A stretch of 63,879 nt of DNA, filler included, from Octopus bimaculoides (lineage: Eukaryota), in assembly GCF_001194135.2 (NCBI RefSeq). It is 9 parts of 7 records of this genome, joined end to end, with 100 filler letters (N's around TTAATTAATTAA, not from the genome) between each part and the next. Parts side by side here need not be neighbours in the genome. Positions count along the whole stretch, not along the records: positions 1 to 11,558 come from NW_026310629.1; 8 more parts are not named here. One strand, 5' to 3'. How positions within the stretch are numbered: position 1 is the first letter of the stretch; the number at the start of each line of letters is the position of its first letter. Positions 1-11,658 of this stretch are shown piece after piece. The position numbers and the translations under genes were made by a program. Under the pieces are notes generated by a model. That model searched no databases. It saw nothing but the letters and a program-made list of their open reading frames with translations, and was not told where the DNA came from.

Positions 1-153
1 GGGGGGGGGCAAACACACACACACACACACACACATATACATACGACAGGCTTCTTTCAGTTTCCTTCTACAAAATCCACTGACAAGGCTCGAGGCTACA
101 GTAGAAGACACTTGCCCAAGGTGGCACACGGTGGGACTGAACCCGGAACCATG

Positions 154-348
154 AAATAATAATTATAAGAATACTACTACAACAACAACAACAGTTACTA
201 CTACTGCTACTACTACTACTACCACTACTACTACTACTACTACTACTAGTACTACTACCACTACTGCTGCTGCTGCTACTACTACTACTACTACTACTAC
301 TAATAATAATAATTATTATCATTATCATTATTATTATCATTTATTATT

Positions 349-383
<35 letters not shown>

Positions 384-384
384 C

Positions 385-421
<37 letters not shown>

Positions 422-470
422 GTTATTGTTATTATTATTATTAGTAGTAGTAGTAGTAGTAGTAATACTA
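154..470. repeat. Compound trinucleotide microsatellite (ACT/ACA/ATT)
   Basis: Direct inspection. Confidence 0.95.
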
Positions 471-707
471 TTTGTAGTTGTAGTACCATGCAGGTTTTGT
501 TCATTTCGAGTTCCGAGAGAGCTTTTCTCTCTGTGTATGTGTGTGCGTGTGTGCGTGTGTGCGTGTGTGTGTGTGTGTGCCGTGTATTATCAATAGATGG
601 CGTCACAGTAGAAATATCGATCTGCGGTAGTGGAAAACGGTTACTGCAGAGTTGATCAATTGATGTTAGTTATGTAGAAGGGGGTGGAGGGAGGTAGGGG
701 TGGCTTG

Positions 708-738
<31 letters not shown>

Positions 739-1275
739 AAGTGGCGGTGGTGAAGGTAGTGGCGATGATGATGATTGTTTTGGTTGTGGTGGCGGTGGTG
801 GTGTTGGGCGTCGGGGTGCTTCTGGCGGTTGCGTTTAGTTGTGGTGGTGGGGTGGCGGTGGTAGGAATAGAANNNNNNNNNNNNNNNNNNNNNNNNNNNN
901 NNNNNNNNNNNNNNNNNNNNNNNNNNNNNNNNNNNNNNNNNNNNNNNNNNNNNNNNNNNNNNNNNNNNNNNNNNNNNNNNNNNNNNNNNNNNNNNNNNNN
1001 NNNNNNNNNNNNNNNNNNNNNNNNNNNNNNNNNNNNNNNNNNNNNNNNNNNNNNNNNNNNNNNNNNNNNNNNNNNNNNNNNNNNNNNNNNNNNNNNNNNN
1101 NNNNNNNNNNNNNNNNNNNNNNNNNNNNNNNNNNNNNNNNNNNNNNNNNNNNNNNNNNNNNNNNNNNNNNNNNNNNNNNNNNNNNNNNNNNNNNNNNNNN
1201 NNNNNNNNNNNNNNNNNNNNNNNNNNNNNNNNNNNNNNNNNNNNNNNNNNNNNNNNNNNNNNNNNNNNNNNNNNN

Positions 1276-1340
1276 NGAGAGGAGAGGGGATGAGTGTGTT
1301 AAAGGGACATTGAGGGAAAGAGACAGTGTGAGAGTCTATA

Positions 1341-1394
<54 letters not shown>

Positions 1395-1650
1395 AGGAGC
1401 GAAAGAGCGAGAGAGAAGGAGCGAAAGAGCGAGAGAGAAGGAGAAAGAGAAAGTGAGAGAGAGGGCGAGAAATGGAGAGAGCGCGCGAGAGAGAAAGAGA
1501 AAGAGAAGCAGAGCGCACAAGAGAGAAAGAGGGAGAGAGAGAAAGAGGGAGAGAGAAAGAGAGAAGGAGTAAGCTTTGGTAGAGGAATTCGTCAAATAGG
1601 GAAAATAAGAGAAAAAGATGGAAGCAAGGAGTGTGTGTATGTGTGTGTGA

Positions 1651-1682
<32 letters not shown>

Positions 1683-2450
1683 TAAGGAAGAATTGAAAGC
1701 GAAAGAGTGTGTGAGAGGCAAAGATAGGATGTGAGAGAGAAGGAGAATGCAAGATGGAAGGAAAATTGGTGAGAGAAGGAAGGGAGAAGTAGAGTATAGG
1801 GATAATAGGGATAAAGGAATAGGGGAGAGGGAGAGAGAGAGAGAGAGAGAGAGAGATAAGAAGGGGATAAGTAGCGTATAGCGATAATAAGGATAAAGGG
1901 AGAGGGAGAGAGAGAGAGGGAGAGAGAGAGAGAGGAAGAAAGAGAGAGAGAGAGACGAAGAAAAAGAGAGGAGAAGAAAGAGAAGAGAAGGAGAGGAGAA
2001 GTAGCGTATAGCGATATAGGGATAAAGGGAGAGGAGGAGAGAGAGACAGAGAGAGACAGAGAGAAACAGAGAGAGACAGAGAGAGACAGAGAGAGGAAGA
2101 AAGAGAGAGAGAGAGAGAGAGAGATAGAAGGAATGGAAAAGTAGCGTATAGCGATGATAGGGATTAAAGAAGAGAGGAGAGAGAGAGAGAGAGAGAGAAG
2201 CAAGGAGAGAGAGAGTTAGAGAGAGAGATAGGGGAGAGGGGGAGACAGGCAGAGAGAGTTAGAAAGAGAAAGAGAGAGAGAAGTAGGGAGTGAGAGAGAA
2301 TTAGAGAGAAAGAGAGGTCGAGAAGGAGAGAGGGAGAGAGAAGGTTAGAGACAGAGAGAAAGAAAGAGACAGCAATAGAGGGGGAGAGGGAGAGAGAAAG
2401 AGAGAGAGAGAGAGTGATAGAAAAATACACGGAGAGACAGAGATAAAGAT
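1276..2450. repeat. (GA)n-rich polypurine tract with embedded repeated cassette
   Basis: agtagcgtatagcgat..gggataaagg recurs at about 1870, 2000 and 2140. Confidence 0.85.
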
Positions 2451-2463
2451 GTGTAACCAAATT

Positions 2464-2828
2464 CTCTTTTACTCTTTTATTCTTTTACTTGTTGCAATCG
2501 TTTGATTGTGGCCATGCTGGAGCACCACCTTTAGTCGAACAAGTCGACCCCCAGGACTTATTGGTCTCTTTAGCCGAACCGCTAGATTACAGGGACGTAA
2601 ACACACCAACATCGGTTGTCAAGCGATGGTGGGGAGACAAACACACACACACACACAGACACACGCATATATAAAACAGGCTTCTTTCAGTTTCCGTCTA
2701 CCAAACCCACTGACAAGGCTTTGGTCGGCCCGAGGCTATAGTAGAAGACATTTATTTGCCCAAGCTGGCACGCAGTGGGACTGAACCCGGAACCGTGTGG
2801 TTGGGAAGCAAACTTCTTACCGCACACC
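2464..2828 (-). mobile_element. tRNA-derived SINE family A (full length)
   Basis: B-box ggttcagtcc; body gtcttctactatagcctcgggccgaccaaagcc..gacggaaactgaaagaagcc; tail ..aaagagtaaaagag. Partial copies also at 1-153, 26660-26730, 27290-27510, 36880-37035, 47620-47750 and 48080-48125. Confidence 0.9.
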
Positions 2829-2895
2829 TATATATATANNNNNNNNNNNNNNNNNNNNNNNNNNNNNNNNNNNNNNNNNNNNNNNNNNNNNNNNN

Positions 2896-2939
<44 letters not shown>

Positions 2940-2968
2940 TTAGGAACAAAATCCAAAATTACAGGTAA

Positions 2969-3006
<38 letters not shown>

Positions 3007-3094
3007 TATATACGCAATATATTCTACACAATGCTTCATAGAAATTATTCCACACACATATATATGAGAATGTAGAGGTCTTTTTCATCTCCAA

Positions 3095-4125
3095 CTCTGG
3101 ACTCTAGAACATCCAACATACAGCTGACCATGTGAGAAGGAAGGTTGAAAAGGTTAAGTCCCACCACCTTTAGAGATTGACCTTGTGCTTTGTTGATAGA
3201 CATTGCAAAGCTAAGTTTGACAGGAAACTGCAGTCTCTTGAACTGAAAGGGGAGATCATTTGAGATCAGAGGTATCCTTGGAATAAAGACATTTCAACCA
3301 TCATATTTTCTGTAGTTATTGTTGCTTCCAACACATGGGGCATGGCTGTTTAAACAACCAATCTTGTTCTATTGTAGAATCTGGGTGTATCAAGGTTTCT
3401 GAACAGCATTATGGGAGCACCAGTTTTCATGGTCAGAATGGCGGGAATCCTGGTGGTTGAAGTGAATTGAGGAACTCCACTGGGTAATGCGTTGCCTGTT
3501 CTTGATCAGAGACAGAGTTAATTGATCTGTATGAACATTCAGTTCCTGAAAGCTGAGACAACAAATTTAGATTCAGCTTGTCTACAGCTTCATTCTTTGG
3601 TGCGAAAATTGTTCTTTGACATAAGCTCTTGTGACTTTTGTACTTTGTGACAATGTTTGGAAAGACCTTGCTCTTCAGTTCTTCAAGAGAGATAGTTATA
3701 TTCTTTTCTACTCTATAAGGGCCCGAAAATTTTGAGGGAGTGGGCCATTCGATTAGATCGACCCCAGTACGCAACTGGTTTTTAATTTATCGACCCCGAA
3801 AGGATGAAAAGCAAAATCGACCTCAGCGGAATTTGAACTCAGAACATAAAGACAGACGAAATACTGCTAAGCATTTCGCCCGGCGTGCTAACGTTTCCGC
3901 CAGCTCGCCGCCTTGGAGGCTGTCATATTGCCACATGGGAGGTGGTGCCGACTATCTTCTGGATCCTGTAGAAGTTTTCCATTTCCAGTGTCAAGTAACG
4001 TCTTGGGGAACTCTTCAGCTAATGGGTCACCATGAATGTGAACCCTCATGTTAGTTGTTAGAGCAAGCTTCTTGACATGTTGCCAGATATACGAGGACTC
4101 GACGTCAGCTCTCAGCTCATCTGCT
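3095..4125 (-). mobile_element. Helitron PIF1-like helicase remnant, interrupted by a SINE
   Basis: Fragments SSYIWQHVKKLALTTNMRV, FAPKNEAVDKLN, HYPVEFLNSLQPPG, GAPIMLFRNL, IPRIPLI, FPVKLSFAMSINKAQGQSL and SHGQLYVGCSRV; frameshifted. Confidence 0.9.
3695..3914 (-). mobile_element. tRNA-derived SINE family B (Nin/Deu-domain-like core) inserted in the Helitron
   Basis: Head aggcggcgagctgg, B-box gagttcaaattcc, core aggtcgatttt-gctttt-catcctttcggggtcgataaattaa, resembling the DeuSINE/Nin domain as I recall it. Confidence 0.85.
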
Positions 4126-4286
4126 TTTGTGCCTCTGAGAAACGTAGATATTCATCAATGGCGTATTGTATACATAACGGCATAGATAGACAGATAGACA
4201 GATATAGATATAGATAGATAGACAGACAGATATAGATAGACAACTAGACAGATATAGATAGATAGAGAGACATATATAAATAGATA

Positions 4287-4618
4287 GACGGTGGTTAGGG
4301 CAGCGGACTCGCGGTCATAGGATCGCGGTTTCGATTCCCAGACCGGGCGCTGTGCGTGTTTATTGAGCGAAAACACCTAAAGCTCCACGAGGCTCCGGCA
4401 GGGGATGGTGGCGAACCCTGCTGTACTCTTCCACCACAACTTTCTCTCACTCTTACTTCCTGTTCCTGTTGTGCCTGTAATTCAAAGGGTCAGCCTTGTC
4501 ACACTCTGTGTCACGCTGAATATCCCCCGAGAACTACGTTAAGGGTACACGTGTCTGTGGAGTGCTCAGCCACTTGCACGTTAATTTCACGAGCAAGCTG
4601 TTCCGTTGATCGGATCAA
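4287..4618 (+). mobile_element. tRNA-derived SINE family C
   Basis: Head gtggttagggcagcggactcgcgg..ggtttcgattccc; tail gtgctcagccacttgc..gttgatcggatcaa, shared with 10170-10359 (-) and 44948-45135 (-). Confidence 0.85.
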
Positions 4619-5066
4619 NNNNNNNNNNNNNNNNNNNNNNNNNNNNNNNNNNNNNNNNNNNNNNNNNNNNNNNNNNNNNNNNNNNNNNNNNNNNNNNNNN
4701 NNNNNNNNNNNNNNNNNNNNNNNNNNNNNNNNNNNNNNNNNNNNNNNNNNNNNNNNNNNNNNNNNNNNNNNNNNNNNNNNNNNNNNNNNNNNNNNNNNNN
4801 NNNNNNNNNNNNNNNNNNNNNNNNNNNNNNNNNNNNNNNNNNNNNNNNNNNNNNNNNNNNNNNNNNNNNNNNNNNNNNNNNNNNNNNNNNNNNNNNNNNN
4901 NNNNNNNNNNNNNNNNNNNNNNNNNNNNNNNNNNNNNNNNNNNNNNNNNNNNNTATATATATATATATATATATATGAATGAGATCTAAGTAGTAACTAT
5001 ACTTCATAGTAAAATCTATTTGCCAACGTAAGGTGGCAGTCCTGCGTAGGACCATGTTACTACATT

Positions 5067-5238
5067 TTAACCCCAGGAAAACATCTTTTCCAGCTGGTTA
5101 TCAACACACAATCTGTGTCTGAAATATACTGTGAACAAGGGGAGCGCATTACCCCCTCCTAGCCACTTGTTCACAGTATATTTCAGACACAGATCGTGTA
5201 TCGACAACCAGTTGGGAATGATGTTTCCCTGGGGTTAA
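5067..5238. mobile_element. piggyBac-like MITE
   Basis: TTAA|CCCCAGG...CCTGGGG|TTAA; ~74-bp imperfect inverted arms 5066-5139 and 5166-5239. Confidence 0.75.
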
Positions 5239-5260
5239 AAGGAGAGAAAGATTATGTAAA

Positions 5261-6456
5261 GTCCTACCTCAACAGCTGTTTCAAGACGACCATAACCATA
5301 ATTTACGTTCAATACCATCCACGACAGTTGTCCTTGATTTGGTCCCCCTATTAGCCATTTGCATAAGCCCGACTTACTTCTCTCTGGTGATGAAAACACC
5401 TCCGCCTTTATAGCAGTGACGCTAACTCCCTTTTTCTACCTTTATGATAAACGATAGTATTGACCGCGATAGGACACTTAGGGAGAACCAGTCTACTGAT
5501 GGTAGGGAAAAAAACCTCCCTGTAATTTTCAAGTCTCTCAACTGTGTCGTTTAAAGGGAAATTGCTTGGGCTATAACCTTGTATATACATGTCTGGTTAC
5601 AATTCCACGTTCTCACAACATTGGAGGAACGATCGATTTCAAGGAAAGCTTCCTTGCTCGCCAGAACTCTTTTGCAAACAGGGCTTCTAAAACAATCTCC
5701 TTCCGCAGCCCCCCGCATACATCACCTCGAGCCCCAGGGCACAATTTACACCTTCACCTGGCGCATAATTTGTGGAGGAATCCTACATAATGTAAATAAC
5801 CGCGTTTGTAAATTATGTTGCCGAAAACACTCACAATATACCGCCAAAATGATATCTCTTTACTTTATCGATTCTCTGACGTAATCTTCGCTTGCAGTCA
5901 TAAATTCAACAAGACTGTTACCCATTGTATAAAATCATAATTTCTCATTCATCTTAGCTAAAATTCACTTTTATTCATCGTATTTCCTTCTACTACCCCT
6001 ACTCCTTTACTACAGCACTTAATTTTCCAACACCTCTCTTTCCATTACCTCTACTATTCTTAACAGTTTCACCTTGTCTGGGAACTACTACTTAGGTGTC
6101 CCCCCCCCCCCACCGCTAAGCTGAACTGACAACGCTATTATCTTTGTCTTTTAATATATCTGGTCTTTGTCAAGTGGCTGTTTCATCTCGTCTCGCTTCT
6201 CAACCACCCCTTCTATTTCGCCATTTTCTTCTGCTTCTTCCAACCCTTTCAACACTAGCTCTCTCTGTTCTTTGAAACCTTTATATTTACAAACACAGCT
6301 AGACAATTCATATTTACCATTCTGTTCTTGAAAATCGACGCCTAAGTTTCTGTAAAACATTTCAACGTGACTTGCCGCGTGATACATATCTAGGAAATCA
6401 CGCACATTTTACTTACGTAAGTCATGGCCGTCTTGGAACAGCTGTCGAGATGAGAC
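5261..6456 (+). mobile_element. Highly decayed Penelope-like element (GIY-YIG region and 3' UTR) with inverted terminal motif
   Basis: Across frames: PPCNF..LKGNCLGYNLVYTCLV..NIGGTIDFKESF..NSFANR and YTFTWRII..NNRVCKLC, collinear with the GIY-YIG ORF at 16688. A 36-nt motif (GAAACAGCTGT or GGAACAGCTGT) occurs inverted at 5261-5296 and 6421-6456. Confidence 0.6.
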
Positions 6457-6634
6457 TGTGCCTAACACTTCGCTACTGGTTTGTTTTCTTGTGTTCATGT
6501 AAATATACGTCTCCAGCGTGTTTATCTACCTTACCACCTCCTATATACATACAACCATACATACATACATACATACATACATGCATACACGCACATATGT
6601 ATATATACGCGCGCGCGAGTCTGTGTGTGTGTAG

Positions 6635-6810
6635 AGGCGCAGACGTGGCTGTGTGCTAAGAAACTTGCTTCACAGCCACATGCTCTCGTGTTCAGTTCCA
6701 CTGCGTGGCACCTTGGGCAAATGTTCTCTACTATTCTACTATAGCCTCGGGCCGACCAAAGTCTTGTGAGTGGATTTGGTAGAAGGAAACTGAAAGAAGC
6801 CTGTCGTATA
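6635..6810 (+). mobile_element. SINE family A, 5' half
   Basis: gtggctgtgtgctaag..gttcagttcc..ccttgggcaa..gaagcctgtcg. Confidence 0.85.
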
Positions 6811-7638
6811 TATGTATATACATATGTATATATGTATATACANNNNNNNNNNNNNNNNNNNNNNNNNNNNNNNNNNNNNNNNNNNNNNNNNNNNNNNNNN
6901 NNNNNNNNNNNNNNNNNNNNNNNNNNNNNNNNNNNNNNNNNNNNNNNNNNNNNNNNNNNNNNNNNNNNNNNNNNNNNNNNNNNNNNNNNNNNNNNNNNNN
7001 NNNNNNNNNNNNNNNNNNNNNNNNNNNNNNNNNNNNNNNNNNNNNNNNNNNNNNNNNNNNNNNNNNNNNNNNNNNNNNNNNNNNNNNNNNNNNNNNNNNN
7101 NNNNNNNNNNNNNNNNNNNNNNNNNNNNNNNNNNNNNNNNNNNNNNNNNNNNNNNNNNNNNNNNNNNNNNNNNNNNNNNNNNNNNNNNNNNNNNNNNNNN
7201 NNNNNNNNNNNNNNNNNNNNNNNNNNNNNNNNNNNNNNNNNNNNNNNNNNNNNNNNNNNNNNNNNNNNNNNNNNNNNNNNNNNNNNNNNNNNNNNNNNNN
7301 NNNNNNNNNNNNNNNNNNNNNNNNNNNNNNNNNNNNNNNNNNNNNNNNNNNNNNNNNNNNNNNNNNNTATATATATATATATATATATATATATGTGCGT
7401 GCGTGTGTATGTGTTTGTATGTATTTCCTATAAATGACTGATGCATTTGTTGTAATGGATATTAATTTGGACATTGAACTCAACTTAGATATGATGTGAA
7501 AACGCCAGTAATCGATCAGAGAAATTATCTGGTCGTGTAAATGTTCAGTGCTAAAAACCATAGATTGTATCAGCAGACGAATTCCGCCGCTAACAAGTTA
7601 TTTAAACACAGCTCACCAGCGACATCATCGACTGTTTA

Positions 7639-7803
7639 GACGCAGTTGCGGCTGCGTAGTAAGAAGCTGGCTTCCCAACCACATGGTTCCGGGTTCGGAC
7701 CCACTACGTGTCACATTGGGCAAGTGTCTTCTACTTTAGCCTCGGGCCGACCAAAGCCTTGTGAGTAGATCTGGCAGACGGAAACTGAAAGAAGCCCTTC
7801 GTA
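7639..7803 (+). mobile_element. SINE family A, 5' half
   Basis: catggttccgggttcggaccc..gggcaagtgtcttctact..gaagccc. Confidence 0.85.
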
Positions 7804-8124
7804 ATCACATTTGATTAAAATGGCTTATTGATGTGTTTTGTTTCTCTTTTATTACCAGACGAGATGATTGCATTGTTTTACATCGTTATATTCCTTCAGG
7901 AGTAATGCCAATGTTTTCTTCAAAAACATATGTCGGAAGTATAAAGATTTGAATAACTCCATTTCTTAATTTATCTATGTTATACAAAAACTTTTCACTA
8001 AACCCTGGAACTTCTACCTTTTTAAGTAGAGTGTAGCATCCTTGGCACTCATGTGAACTTTTGCTACCCTGGTAACTATTTATTTATTTTTTTCTGTGTT
8101 ATTTGTACACATTGAAAAAATACA

Positions 8125-8475
8125 CATACATGTATACTGAGACCCCCTTCGGTCATGACTGACCATGGGATTGCACCCAGAAAGTTACCCTCCGAGGCAA
8201 AGTCCGGGCAAGGTTGTTTATGGAAGGCCAGCAGTCGCCCATGCATACCGGTCTCCCATCTCCAAGCCACCAATGTTATCCAAGGGAAAGGCAAAGGGGC
8301 CGATACAGCTTGGCACCAGTGACGTCGCAACTCATTTCTACAGCTGAGTGAACTGGAGCAACGTGAAATAAAGTGTCTTGCTCAAGAACACAACACGAAG
8401 CCCGGTCCGGGATTCGAACTCACAATCTCACGATCGTAAGTTCGACTCTCTAACCACTGAGCCATGCGCCTTCAC
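8125..8475 (-). mobile_element. tRNA-derived SINE family D
   Basis: A-box TGGCTCAGTGG, B-box GAGTTCGAATCC, centre cttgagcaagacactttatttcacgttgctccagttcactcagctg. Confidence 0.88.
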
Positions 8476-9584
8476 AGATAGGTAAAGATTNNNNNNNNNN
8501 NNNNNNNNNNNNNNNNNNNNNNNNNNNNNNNNNNNNNNNNNNNNNNNNNNNNNNNNNNNNNNNNNNNNNNNNNNNNNNNNNNNNNNNNNNNNNNNNNNNN
8601 NNNNNNNNNNNNNNNNNNNNNNNNNNNNNNNNNNNNNNNNNNNNNNNNNNNNNNNNNNNNNNNNNNNNNNNNNNNNNNNNNNNNNNNNNNNNNNNNNNNN
8701 NNNNNNNNNNNNNNNNNNNNNNNNNNNNNNNNNNNNNNNNNNNNNNNNNNNNNNNNNNNNNNNNNNNNNNNNNNNNNNNNNNNNNNNNNNNNNNNNNNNN
8801 NNNNNNNNNNNNNNNNNNNNNNNNNNNNNNNNNNNNNNNNNNNNNNNNNNNNNNNNNNNNNNNNNNNNNNNNNNNNNNNNNNNNNNNNNNNNNNNNNNNN
8901 NNNNNNNNNNNNNNNNNNNNNNNNNNNNNNNNNNNNNNNNNNNNNNNNNNNNNNNNNNNNNNNNNNNNNNNNNNNNNNNNNNNNNNNNNNNNNNNNNNNN
9001 NNNNNNNNNNNNNNNNNNNNNNNNNNNNNNNNNNNNNNNNNNNNNNNNNNNNNNNNNNNNNNNNNNNNNNNNNNNNNNNNNNNNNNNNNNNNNNNNNNNN
9101 NNNNNNNNNNNNNNNNNNNNNNNNNNNNNNNNNNNNNNNNNNNNNNNNNNNNNNNNNNNNNNNNNNNNNNNNNNNNNNNNNNNNNNNNNNNNNNNNNNNN
9201 NNNNNNNNNNNNNNNNNNNNNNNNNNNNNNNNNNNNNNNNNNNNNNNNNNNNNNNNNNNNNNNNNNNNNNNNNNNNNNNNNNNNNNNNNNNNNNNNNNNN
9301 NNNNNNNNNNNNNNNNNNNNNNNNNNNNNNNNNNNNNNNNNNNNNNNNNNNNNNNNNNNNNNNNNNNNNNNNNNNNNNNNNNNNNNNNNNACTTGCAGAC
9401 AATGTATTCCGTTGAATTAATTAACTTATTTTGTAACTAAAAGGACAAAAACCACAATATACAAATGCTTATGACATACCACAGCAGTATATTGGATAGA
9501 TACTATTCCTTAGTGGGTTGAATCCTCAGCTCCTACCTTTCTTGCATTATATATATATATTTATATTTATATTAAGACCATTTC

Positions 9585-9894
9585 TATACATAAATGCCTC
9601 ACGCTAGGAGGGACTCTTAAAGTCAAAACTAGCATACTAAACACATTTTACCGAACATGCTGGATACATGTGGTATTCGTCTGGTATGTTGACTTTTGTT
9701 TATTTTTATGTCTTGATGTACTGAAGAGTAAAGAGTGAATCTTGTGCACTAATTACGAAATCATATGATATACAGTTGAGTCTGATTTTAAGAGGCGCGC
9801 TTCGAGAGTTGCATTCGCTCGCCTTCGGTAAAATGTGTTTATTATGGTAATTTTGACTTTAAGAGTCCCCTTTAGCATGAGGCATTTATGTATA
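9585..9894. mobile_element. MITE with ~71-bp TIRs and TA ends (Tc1/mariner-like)
   Basis: 9585-9655 is the imperfect reverse complement of 9824-9894 (about 7 mismatches), with TA at both ends. Confidence 0.7.
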
Positions 9895-10048
9895 ATATTG
9901 CCCTTACATAAATAAATATATTTAAAGAGAATTAATAAATTTTTCCCTTATGAGGTTTTTTCACGCTAACTACTTGATAAATTCTTATAAAGATTTCATC
10001 CTATATTTAAATTATACATATAATATATATATATACACATACACATAT

Positions 10049-10124
<76 letters not shown>

Positions 10125-10169
10125 ATGCTCATATATGTATATGTATATATGTGTATGTATATACGTATG

Positions 10170-10359
10170 TATATCGTTGCACTCCGTCGGTTACGACGAC
10201 GAAGGTTCCAGTTGATCCGATCAACGGAACAGCCTGTTCGTGAGATTAACTTGCAAGTGGCTGAGCACTCCACAGACACGTGTACCCTTAACGTAGTTCT
10301 CGGGGATATTCAGCGTGACACAGTTTGACAAGGCTGACCCTTTGAATTACAGGTACAAC
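10170..10359 (-). mobile_element. SINE family C tail
   Basis: Reverse complement of the 4480-4618 tail. Confidence 0.8.
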
Positions 10360-10802
10360 NNNNNNNNNNNNNNNNNNNNNNNNNNNNNNNNNNNNNNNNN
10401 NNNNNNNNNNNNNNNNNNNNNNNNNNNNNNNNNNNNNNNNNNNNNNNNNNNNNNNNNNNNNNNNNNNNNNNNNNNNNNNNNNNNNNNNNNNNNNNNNNNN
10501 NNNNNNNNNNNNNNNNNNNNNNNNNNNNNNNNNNNNNNNNNNNNNNNNNNNNNNNNNNNNNNNNNNNNNNNNNNNNNNNNNNNNNNNNNNNNNNNNNNNN
10601 NNNNNNNNNNNNNNNNNNNNNNNNNNNNNNNNNNNNNNNNNNNNNNNNNNNNNNNNNNNNNNNNNNNNNNNNNNNNNNNNNNNNNNNNNNNNNNNNNNNN
10701 NNNNNNNNNNNNNNNNNNNNNNNNNNNNNNNNNNNNNNNNNNNNNNNNNNNNNNNNNNNNNNNNNNNNNNNNNNNNNNNNNNNNNNNNNNNCTATCTATC
10801 TA

Positions 10803-10861
<59 letters not shown>

Positions 10862-10987
10862 GTCTATCTATCTCTTCTCCAAGGGGAAAAGTTCAAAGAA
10901 CGTCTGTCTGCCCACTTACAGTAGAGAACTCAAAGACAAGTCTGAGACAATTAGGAATACATATAGGTATACATTCAAAGAAACATG

Positions 10988-11030
<43 letters not shown>

Positions 11031-11096
11031 TATACATATATAAATACACATATATATATGTATATGTATGCACACATATGTGTGTGTGAGTTGTGC

Positions 11097-11139
<43 letters not shown>

Positions 11140-11516
11140 CACACACACATATATACATACATACATACATACATATATGTATATATACATATATATATAC
11201 TTTCACGCATATATGCATCTGTCTATATATACTTACATATACATATATACGTGTATACACATGTATACGCACACACATGCAAAGATAAAGAGAGGGAGAG
11301 AGAAAGAGGGAGAGAAGGTACGAGAGAGTCGCTGGTGTTGTGTTTGTGTATATACAGAGGATAAGAGAAATATATACACAGAAAGATAGGCACAAAAATA
11401 AACTGAAAGACAGAGAGACAGAGATCGATAGACAAACAGACTGTCAGAAGCAGACACAGAAATAGACATAAATAGACAGAGAGATAGATAGATAGATAGA
11501 TAGATAAATAGATAGA

Positions 11517-11558
<42 letters not shown>

Positions 11559-11658
11559 NNNNNNNNNNNNNNNNNNNNNNNNNNNNNNNNNNNNNNNNNN
11601 NNTTAATTAATTAANNNNNNNNNNNNNNNNNNNNNNNNNNNNNNNNNNNNNNNNNNNN
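11559..11658. other. Artificial scaffold-join linker (44 N + TTAATTAATTAA + 44 N)
   Basis: The same 12-mer flanked by N runs occurs at 11603, 17558, 26061, 42643, 51140, 53852, 58296 and 60133; it has stop codons in all six frames. Confidence 0.95.

Noticed and set aside
6151-6405. 84-aa Glu/Lys-rich minus-strand ORF
   Set aside because: It is the antisense reading of the C/T-rich 3' UTR of the plus-strand Penelope-like remnant; no recognisable domain.
8390-8475. tRNA-like sequences here and at 4287-4350, 45200-45275 and 57640-57704
   Set aside because: They have A/B boxes but run straight into SINE bodies, and I could not fold a complete cloverleaf; these are SINE heads, not tRNA genes.
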